From positions 224,001-288,000 of the forward strand of contig CAVRCJ010000011.1 in assembly GCA_963719515.1 (NCBI GenBank): a stretch of DNA of 64,000 bases. Reading direction: 5' to 3'. Origin of the DNA: an uncultured cyanobacterium. GTDB taxonomy: Bacteria > Cyanobacteriota > Cyanobacteriia > CAKZMO01. The position numbers and the translations under genes were made by a program. The first letter of the stretch is position 1; each line of letters opens with the position of its first letter. The notes beneath the pieces were generated by a model that worked only from the letters and a program-made list of their open reading frames with translations, searched no databases and was not told the DNA's origin. Positions 1 through 7,699 of the stretch are shown in pieces.

Positions 1-315
1 CTTCAGCATCCCTATGTGCTGCAGCAGATGGTCAAGTGCTGCCGTAAGGGCGGGACGCTCTCGGTTCCGGGGGTGTATACGGGCTTTTTGAATATGTTTC
101 CCATGGGGCCTGCGATGAATAAGGGGCTGACCTGGAGGATGGGTCAAACCCACATGCAGAAGTATCTGCAGCCGCTGTTGGAGCGGGTGGAGAAGGGGGA
201 TATTGACCTGGCGGCCATCATTACTCACCGGCTGAGCCTAGACGAGGCTCCGAAGGGTTACGACATCTTCCAGCAGAAGAAGGATGACTGCATTAAGGTG
301 GTGCTGACGCCGTAG
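1..315 (+). CDS. Zinc-dependent alcohol/formaldehyde dehydrogenase family, C-terminal part (5' end outside window)
   Basis: C-terminal motifs typical of FDH-like MDR enzymes: [47 protein letters not shown]. Confidence 0.85.
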   Translation, partial: LQHPYVLQQMVKCCRKGGTLSVPGVYTGFLNMFPMGPAMNKGLTWRMGQTHMQKYLQPLLERVEKGDIDLAAIITHRLSLDEAPKGYDIFQQKKDDCIKVVLTP

Positions 316-321
316 CGGGGG

Positions 322-365
322 CCTTGAAGCTTGTGGTGTAGGTTGTCCCAACACAAGCTTCAAGG
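322..365. terminator. Perfect 14-bp stem-loop between convergent genes (probable bidirectional terminator)
   Basis: CCTTGAAGCTTGTG (322-335) / CACAAGCTTCAAGG (352-365); a second GC hairpin lies at about 412-436. Confidence 0.55.
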
Positions 366-445
366 GGCAGGAGCGCTTTTGTGGGTTGCGCGGCTGGCCG
401 CCCCGCCGTTGGCGTCCCCCTTGGTCAGGGGAACGCTCGCCGTGG

Positions 446-727
446 CTAGTGCGGGAGATCGAGGGAGCGCTGCCGCACTAGGTAGCTCAGCACCTGCCCT
501 TCTTTTTGGGTAATCGTGACGCCGCCTTTGCCGATCGCAATCAGCTGGGTCCAGAGGCTCTGGTCAACGTAGCGTCTGTTGTGCAGCAGATGTATTGCCT
601 CGCGGACGCCCTCAGGGGAGCCGATGAGAACGTGGCGAATGATTTCGCCGTTGGGTCCGGGCTCGGGGGTGGTCAGCACGGTGGGTGCGGCCTCGGTGGG
701 AGGCAGCTCGGGGTATAGAAATGTCAT
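446..727 (-). CDS. Small cyanobacterial hypothetical protein
   Basis: 93-aa ORF; the RHVLIGSPEGVREAIHLLH..RY motif resembles a recurrent cyanobacterial hypothetical family. Confidence 0.7.
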   Translation of the reverse strand: MTFLYPELPPTEAAPTVLTTPEPGPNGEIIRHVLIGSPEGVREAIHLLHNRRYVDQSLWTQLIAIGKGGVTITQKEGQVLSYLVRQRSLDLPH

Positions 728-893
728 GGGTTTTCTTCTCGTTTAGGTTAGAAAACCCCACAAATTTGGCCATCCCGGACTATGGCGTGTCTAGGATGGC
801 CTTCTACCACGGTTTAAGATGGCAAAAGTCCAAGACAGGGCTTGTCTGTCGCGGGCTAGGGCGCGATCGTCGCTGGAATCGGCGATCGCGTCC
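727..893 (-). promoter_or_regulatory. Structured 5' leader with three hairpins, one covering the RBS/start region
   Basis: Inverted repeats at 727-760, 768-801 and 859-893. Confidence 0.45.
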
Positions 894-1229
894 GTTGTTG
901 ACCAAATTTTTGGGGATCAGAGCTAGAAATTAAACAGCTCTAGGAAGAGACAATAGCGTATTCGGGGCTGGGTCGCAAGAGTAGTACAAAAAAATTTATG
1001 CCGCTTGACCCCTTACGCACTTAAAGGGCGCTGCTGATTGATGGGCTGTTTCCCCCTTCGCTGTGCTTGATTGGCTACTCTTTGGCTGCGGGAGGGGGTG
1101 AACGTATAACAGGGGCGATCGCTCGAAGATAGACAAAGGTCGATTGCTTATCATCGGAAAATTGCGTTTGGCGTATAATTTTGACTGGTGAACCAGGATA
1201 TTCACCGATACATCCTTGAAAATTTCCCT

Positions 1230-2468
1230 ATGACAAGCTTCTTCATCAGCTACACCAAAGCTGACCGCGTCTGGGCCGAGTGGATTGGTGGGATGCTGGA
1301 AAGAGAGGGGCATAGCGTCATTATCGACGTGTGGGACTTTCGGCCTGGGAGTAACTTTGCGCTGGAGATGCAACAGGCAGCAACAAGGGCCGACAAGACC
1401 TTGCTGGTACTCTCAGAAGATTACCTCGAAGCGGTGTATACGCAACCTGAGTGGGCCGCTGCGTTTGCCAAAGACCCTTTGGGCTTGAAACGCAAGATGC
1501 TTCCGGTTCGGGTGGGGGAGTGCGATCCTGAAGGGCTGCTGGGGCCAATTGTCTATGTGGATTTGATTGGTCTAGATGAGGCGGCGGCTCGCCAAGCTAT
1601 CTTGAACGCTCTACTGGAGCGGGGTAAACCGGCGACAGCGCCTCGATTTCCTATAGCGAGTCATGCCCAAGCGACGGAAGTTCCAGCGTTCCCGGCAGCA
1701 AGCGATCGCCCTTCTCCATCGCCTTCTCGGGTACCGGTTACCATACCGCCAAACCCCTTTGTGCCCATCAACGGCAGGGTCGACCAAGCCCACCAGTTTT
1801 TTGGCCGAGAGACGGAGCTCCGCAGCGTGTTTGAGATTCTCAATGGCGGCAGCAGCGTGGCGATTATTGGGGCACGGCAGGTGGGAAAGTCGTCGTTGCT
1901 GAAGGCGATCGCCCGTGAAGCACCGAACAGGCTGCATCAGCCGCGCCGTCCGGTGTATCTGAATTTGCAGGACGTGTATGACGAGGCGGACTTTTATGAG
2001 GCGCTGTGTGAAGAGCTGAAGGTTGAGGTTTCGAAGGGGCGAAGACTATCTCAGGCGGTGAGGAAGCTGTCGCCGAAGGTGCTGCTGCTACTGGATGAGC
2101 TAGAGAAGATGACCTGGGATGGGTTCACGGGGCAGGTGCGATCGCAGCTTCGGGGTTTGGCTGAGGGTGGGGATGCGCCACTGCGTCTGGTGGTGTCAGC
2201 GTCGGTGCCGCTGGGTGAGCTGTTTCCGGATAGCCATGGGAATGTGTCGCCGCTGCGGAATATTTGTTTGGAGGAATCGCTGAGGGTGTGGGATGAGGGG
2301 ATGGTGCGATCGTTTGTTGCGGAGCGGTTGGGGGGGACGCCGGTTAGGCTTACGGAGGATGAGATTTTGCGGATTGTTGCTGATGCTGATGGGAATCCGC
2401 AGCGGGTGATGCTGGCTTGTTTTCGGCTGTATAGTGGTTGGTGCGATCGCTTGAGCGCTACCCTTTAA
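1230..2468 (+). CDS. TIR-domain + STAND/AAA-type ATPase
   Basis: TIR motifs FFISYTKADRVWAEWI, WDFRPGSNF, YTQPEW; ATPase motifs NPF..FFGRETEL, Walker A GARQVGKSS, Walker B LLLLDELE. ATG 1230 preferred over GTG 1188; TATAAT at 1174-1179. Confidence 0.9.
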   Translation: MTSFFISYTKADRVWAEWIGGMLEREGHSVIIDVWDFRPGSNFALEMQQAATRADKTLLVLSEDYLEAVYTQPEWAAAFAKDPLGLKRKMLPVRVGECDPEGLLGPIVYVDLIGLDEAAARQAILNALLERGKPATAPRFPIASHAQATEVPAFPAASDRPSPSPSRVPVTIPPNPFVPINGRVDQAHQFFGRETELRSVFEILNGGSSVAIIGARQVGKSSLLKAIAREAPNRLHQPRRPVYLNLQDVYDEADFYEALCEELKVEVSKGRRLSQAVRKLSPKVLLLLDELEKMTWDGFTGQVRSQLRGLAEGGDAPLRLVVSASVPLGELFPDSHGNVSPLRNICLEESLRVWDEGMVRSFVAERLGGTPVRLTEDEILRIVADADGNPQRVMLACFRLYSGWCDRLSATL

Positions 2469-2469
2469 C

Positions 2470-2554
2470 CTCGTAGGTTGGGTTGGAGCGCCAGCGTAAC
2501 CCAACAAATGCTAAATGTTTGCGCTGGGTTTTCTGCATTAACCCAACCTACGAG
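2470..2554. repeat. GTAG-type REP doublet (REPIN/MITE-like)
   Basis: Perfect 15-bp terminal IR CTCGTAGGTTGGGTT / AACCCAACCTACGAG with internal GTTGGGTT...AACCCAAC hairpin. Confidence 0.8.
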
Positions 2555-2583
2555 CTAATCAACTTGTCTCAATTTAGCTGTAG

Positions 2584-5500
2584 ATGCCTAACTCTTCGGT
2601 ACCTCGTCTTGATCTAGCGCCAAAGCTCAATCGCCCTTTGTCGATTTGGAATCCGCTGGATTATCTAAAGATATTGTATTGGGTATTTTACTTCCCTCAA
2701 GCGTTAGGATGGTATGTCAACACCTTCGGAGGAGGTTATATTCTAGACGGCGAAATGAGTGTCGAAGAGAGATGGAAGATTCTAAAAGCTAACGATGTAC
2801 AACGGAATCTACTATTTCAAGGAGTTCTTATTATTCCTGTCACTACATTTGTATCCTGCTGGCTATTACAACAATCGGGACTCACTATCACTTGGGGTGG
2901 TGTTGCAGTTGGTGTAATTGTAGGCATGGCAGTCTACGTAGCGGTCTACATAACAGGACTTACGGCATTTGGTGTGGTGTTTGGCGTGGCATTTGGTGTG
3001 GTGTTTGGCGTGGCATCTGGCGTGGCATTTAGTGTAGTAGAATTCGTATCAGAGTTCGTATTTGAGCTCATATCAGAGCTTATGTCATCCGAATTCCTGT
3101 CAGAAACCATTCCAGAATTTATGTCAGAGCTCAGGTCATCAGAATTCTTATCAGTACTCATTCCAGAGCCTAAGCCAGAATTCGCGCCAGAACCTGTGCC
3201 AAAATTCGCGTCGGAACCTATGCCAGAATTCATATCGGAATTTATGTCAGAATTCACATCAGGATTCTTAGCGTTTTTTGTGGCAGGTAGCGTAGCATTT
3301 TTTGTGGCAGGTAGCGTGGCAGTAGGTATGGTAGGTGGTGTGCCATACGATGTGGCAACCAGCGTGGCATTTAGTGTAATAGGTGGTGTGATAGGCGGTA
3401 CGCTATTTGGTATAGCATTCGGCATGATATTTGGTGTAGCAGTTGGTGTAGCGGTCGGCGTAGCAGTTGGCGTGATATGCTGCCGATTAGAGAACTACCT
3501 TATTGGATATTTAGCTAATTCCTATCAGTTGCGGAATGGTAGCTGGTTGTTTCCACGTGTAACTATCTTACCGCTTTCATCCTTGGACAGGCGTGTTCAG
3601 CAATGGTTTGGTCAAGACTGGGAATTGACAGTATTTAACATCAATGAGCTGCTTCGCTATAGCTGTCAATTTGCTGCCGTAATTAACGCAGCTAATCGCG
3701 CTTTAAAAGCGCTACCTGACAATCAATTAATTTATCGGCTTGCGCAAATTACCACTGATCTATACGACTGGGATTTCGCTTACTATCTTTCGATCTCAAC
3801 TTCGAAAGGACTAAGAAGCGAATTTTTAAGAGGTTTGGTGCTCCAAGGTGGTGCTTACGACCTATCTGCCAATCCTAGGCCAGACACTTTAGCTCATGCC
3901 ACTGTCGCAGGATTCTGGTATCTCCACCGAAAAGAACCTACTAAAGCCGCTAAAGCTTTTGATGTAGTCCGCTCCGTTCTCTATGGAGAAGAGATGTATC
4001 AGCTTGCCTCGAGCTTGTCCTGTTGCCAACAAGCCCGAAACCCCGACACCATTAAAATCACCTACCTCCCTGCCTTCGAAGCAAAAGTCTTTCTTCGCCC
4101 CACCACCTGGCAAGCTATCCGTGCCTTTGACCGCGTCATTCAAGACACTAAACTCGTCTCCTACAGCGTCGGTAAAGCCACCCGCTCACTCGCCCTCAAC
4201 CGTGCCATCGGCGAACTCACTCAAATTATCAAAAATAAGTCTCAACTTCCTGATGCCGAACGTGGTCTCGTGGTTAACGTAGCTCGAACCTGGAAAGCCG
4301 CTCTCGAAACACTCGCCCTCGAAATTGGTCAAGCCAAAATTACCCAGCCTATTCGCAATCCCTACACCATAGGTGATCCCGTTCTCGGCAATCGCTTTGT
4401 TGGTCGGAACGACATCATACGCCAGCTCGAAGAGCTGTGGATCACAAACGAAACCCTCCAGTCCATCGTCCTATACGGCCACCGTCGCATGGGCAAAACC
4501 TCCATCCTGCGCAACGCCACAAACCGGATCGGCTCGCGGTCGAAGGTGATTTACATCAATCTTCAGCGTTTGGGCAATGTGGAGAACGGCGTCGGCGAGG
4601 TGCTGCTGGCCCTTAGTGACGAAATTAGCGACGTAACGGGCGTTGCCCCGCCAAAGGACGAGGAGTTTCTGCGGCTTCCGCAGCGGACTTTTGAGCGGTA
4701 TCTAAAGGCAGTGCTTCGAGCTTTAGAAGGCTCACTAACTTCCAGCACGGATGAAACATTTCGTAGGCAGGTCGAACCTCCTGGAGGCCCCCTAACCCCC
4801 AATACTGGGGGAACCGGAGGAAGTCCAGAACCTTCGTTACCACAAACCTCTGATAATTCTGATCTCGAATCCCGCTCCCCCAATCTCGGGGGCTGGGGGG
4901 GGCTCTTCCGAATCCCGCTCCCCCAAACTTGGGGGCCGGGGGGCCTCTTCGAGTAGCGAAACTTCAGAAACGTCACAAGACATAGGCCCTGTCAGCAACT
5001 TTGAATCTGAAGGACTACAAACTCAGCCCTCCCCTTCGCGGAGCGTGGCCGAAGGTCGTGAATTGGGGGGCAGGGGGGCCTCTTCATCCACCGGCCTCAT
5101 CATCGCCCTAGACGAATTCGAAACCCTCGAAACCCTAATCTCACAAGGCCAGCTCTCCCAAAGCTTCCTCGGCTACCTGCGCGGCCTCCTACAAATGAAC
5201 CCCCGCCTCGCCTTCGCCTTCGCCGGCCTCCACACCCTCGAAGAAATGACCGCCGACTACTTCCAGCCCTTCTTCGCCAGCGTCATCCCCATCCGCGTCG
5301 GCTTCCTCAACCGCGCAGCTACACTCCAGCTGCTCACCACCCCCAGCGAAGACTTCCCCCTCGACTACCAGCCCGAAGCCCTCAACAAGATCTACGCCCT
5401 TACCCACGGCCAGCCCTACCTCTGCCAGCTCATCGGCTTCCAGCTCGTCCGCCGCTACAACGACTACGTCTTCGAGCAGGGCCGCCAGCGCGACAACCTG

Positions 5501-5821
5501 CTCACCATCGCCGACATCGACGCCGTGATCACCGAGAAATTCTTTCAAACCGGGCGCTACTACTTCGACGGCGTCTGGCGACAGGCAGGCCAAGGCGCAC
5601 CCGGTCAACAGTCCACCATGCAGGCGATCGCCGCCTCCCCCCAAGGCCTAACCACCGCCGAACTGCGGGACCAGCTCCCCCTAGACGAGCCAACCCTAAG
5701 AGAAGCGATCGCCACCCTACAAAAGCACGACGTAGTCGAGCCCGTAGGCGATCGCTGGCAAATCACCGTAGCGCTGCTCAAAACCTGGCTCACCAACCAT
5801 GCCCCCAACCCACAGGGATAA
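2584..5821 (+). CDS. Membrane-anchored STAND/AAA-type ATPase (TM repeats - helical region - ATPase - probable wHTH), split by a +1 frameshift at G8 4895-4902
   Basis: ORF 2584-4956 carries GVAF-type TM repeats, NPY.IGDPV..RFVGR and Walker A GHRRMGKTS; ORF 5045-5821 carries Walker B LIIALDEFE and THGQPYLCQL. Removing one G joins them into one 1078-aa frame. Confidence 0.8.
2971..3480 (+). repeat. Degenerate 12-bp coding tandem repeats (GVAF/GVVF units and EFMS/EPKP units)
   Basis: GGTGTGGTGTTT/GGCGTGGCATTT units flank GAATTCGTATCA/GAATTTATGTCA/GAGCCTAAGCCA units. Confidence 0.75.
4784..5082. mobile_element. Palindromic MITE-like insertion inside the ATPase coding sequence
   Basis: Imperfect TIRs GAGGCCCCCTAACCCCCAAT / ATTGGGGGGCAGGGGGGCCTC; internal tandem GAATCCCGCTCCCCCAA..GGGGGC.GGGGG..CTCTTC copies at 4867-4950. 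Confidence 0.65.
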
Positions 5822-5848
5822 CCCATAGGCCGTAAGGGCGAGAGGCCT
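5624..5848 (+). repeat. Direct repeat copy 1 (3' end of ATPase gene plus REP start)
   Basis: Matches 6508-6732 with 11 substitutions; both copies begin at GCGATCGC. Confidence 0.95.
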
Positions 5849-5859
5849 GCCGCCCATTC

Positions 5860-6399
5860 TCACCGTCGCCCCGTCATCCCCACCACATCCCCCACCGTCA
5901 ACCCCGGCATATCCCCCAAGCTCGGCAGCATCTCCGCACCCGACAGAATCATCGGCAAATCATCCCCCTGCCAAACCCAAACCTGCTGCCGCGCCAAATC
6001 AATTAGCCACGCCAGCTGCGTCTGCGCACCCAGACAGTGCAGAATCTTGCTCTGCAAATTCAGCGTACTTTGGTCCGGTGAGCGAATCTCAATCAGCCAA
6101 TCCGGCGCACCCTGCAGCGGGCCATCCTCCTCCGGCAATCGCTCCGTCGACACCACCGAAATGTCTGGCACCGGAGAATAGGGCGGTACCACACAGCGTA
6201 GCTCTTGAATCGCTTCAAATCGCTGGGTATGTCGGTTGATGTGATTGACCAAATTGCGCTGCAGACGCGAGTGAAACAATGTCGGCATCGGCTTTTGAAC
6301 GGTACACCCCTCAATCAGTTCCCACGCTGGCGACTCCTCAATATCAGGCCTAGCCAGAAATTGAGATAGAGAAATTGCTGTTGAAAAGCCAGTGCTCAT
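5860..6399 (-). CDS. Uma2 family endonuclease (DUF820)
   Basis: ISLSQFL, ELIEG..VQKPMP..FHSRLQ, VPDISVV, APDWLIEIRSPDQ, LAWLID. Confidence 0.92.
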   Translation of the reverse strand: MSTGFSTAISLSQFLARPDIEESPAWELIEGCTVQKPMPTLFHSRLQRNLVNHINRHTQRFEAIQELRCVVPPYSPVPDISVVSTERLPEEDGPLQGAPDWLIEIRSPDQSTLNLQSKILHCLGAQTQLAWLIDLARQQVWVWQGDDLPMILSGAEMLPSLGDMPGLTVGDVVGMTGRR

Positions 6400-6507
6400 A
6401 CCGTGCGATCGCCCCTCTAAGCTAAATCTCCCACGTCCCTCCCGCTATCATAGCCAGGGCCTCGCCACATCTAGCTAAACCTGGCCGTCTAGTACATTGA
6501 GTATATA

Positions 6508-6732
6508 GCGATCGCCGCCGCCCCCCAAGGCCTAACCACCGCCGAACTGCTGGATCAGCTTCCCCTAGACGAGCCAACCCTAAGAGAAGCGATCGCCACC
6601 CTACAAAAGCATGACGTAGTCGAACCCGTAGGCGATCACTGGCAAATCACCGTAGCACTGCTCAAAACCTGGCTCACCAACCACGCCCCCACCCCACAGG
6701 GGTAACCCATAGGCCGTAAGGGCGAGAGGCCT
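6508..6732 (+). repeat. Direct repeat copy 2: start-less duplicate of the ATPase C-terminal 65 codons
   Basis: Near-identical to 5624-5848 at an offset of 884 bp. Confidence 0.95.
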
Positions 6733-6772
6733 CTCGCCCCATAGACCGTACGGGCGAGAGGCCTCTCGCCCC
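6715..6772. repeat. Two tandem REP-like palindromes
   Basis: CCGTA(A/C)GGGCGAGAGGCCTCTCGCCCC twice; a degenerate copy lies at 5830-5856. Confidence 0.75.
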
Positions 6773-6795
6773 AGAGGGCCGCCCCCTCATCGCTA

Positions 6796-7602
6796 TTACA
6801 GCACCGACTGCACCAGCGGCTGAAACACCGCCACCAGCTCTTCGCCGCTAACCACCAGCGTCGGAAACGCCTGCACGCTGTAGTTCTTCCCCGAAGTCAA
6901 AGGGAAAATAGGCCCCGTCAGCGGGACCCAAATGCCCCCAGCCGCTTGCACAATCACCCAGACGGCGGCAATATCCCAAATCTTAGGCGTCGCCTCCACC
7001 GCCCCCAAAGCGATCCCCGACGCCACCAGCAGCAGATTATAGGTAGCCACCCCCAGCATCCTAATTTTGCAGGGAAACGGCTGCGTCTGGCGCAGCACCG
7101 AAAGACTGCGGGCGCAGAGGCTAAAAAACTGCGACGACGAGGGCTTACCCGCGATCGCATGGGTGGGTTGACCATCTTTAAAGGCCCCCGTCGGCATCTC
7201 CAGCCCCGTCTCCCCCGGCCAGTAGCCATAGAACGCCTGCCGAATCGGGGGCAGGGCGACGTAGCCAAACGCCGGGGTGCCTTTGTAGAGCAGCCCTAGG
7301 GAAATGCCCCACAGGGGAATGCCCCGCGTGAAGTTGGTGGTGCCGTCGATGGGGTCGATGATCCAGCACCAGTCGGCGTCGGGAAAGGTGTGAATGGTCT
7401 CTTCGCTCAGTACCCCGTGGTCAGGAAACTCCTGGGCGATCGCCCGCCGAATCTCCTCATCCGCCCACTGATCGCACCGCGTCACTAAGCTACCGTCCGC
7501 CTTTTGCGTGGCCTCAACGGTGCCAAAGTCCTTGAGGATTTGCTCCCCGACTCGAGCGCTGGTGTCTTTTGCAAAGGCGAGAACCCGATCCCAAAATTCC
7601 AT
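6796..7602 (-). CDS. Inositol monophosphatase family protein
   Basis: WIIDPIDGTTNF and WDIAA motifs. Confidence 0.93.
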   Translation of the reverse strand: MEFWDRVLAFAKDTSARVGEQILKDFGTVEATQKADGSLVTRCDQWADEEIRRAIAQEFPDHGVLSEETIHTFPDADWCWIIDPIDGTTNFTRGIPLWGISLGLLYKGTPAFGYVALPPIRQAFYGYWPGETGLEMPTGAFKDGQPTHAIAGKPSSSQFFSLCARSLSVLRQTQPFPCKIRMLGVATYNLLLVASGIALGAVEATPKIWDIAAVWVIVQAAGGIWVPLTGPIFPLTSGKNYSVQAFPTLVVSGEELVAVFQPLVQSVL

Positions 7603-7699
7603 GAATACCGTTTCAAACTAGTCGGCTTGCGCAGGGGGTTCCTGCTAGCCGGTTAACCCCAAAAAATCTATCACGCACCCTGTGGCGCTAACCCCTTCG

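Noticed and set aside
2946..3425. Antisense 159-aa Asn/Pro/Thr-rich ORF and similar shadow ORFs (e.g. 22767-23372, 26489-27172, 5189-5644)
   Set aside because: Explained as the reverse frame of repeats or biased codons in well-supported genes
6490..6508. LexA box upstream of Uma2 (AGTAC-ATTGA-GTATA)
   Set aside because: Spacing and right half-site do not fit the cyanobacterial AGTAC-N4-GTACT consensus
5624..6732. Diversity-generating retroelement TR/VR pair
   Set aside because: Mismatches are not adenine-specific (mostly C/T and G/A transitions in both directions) and no reverse transcriptase is in the window
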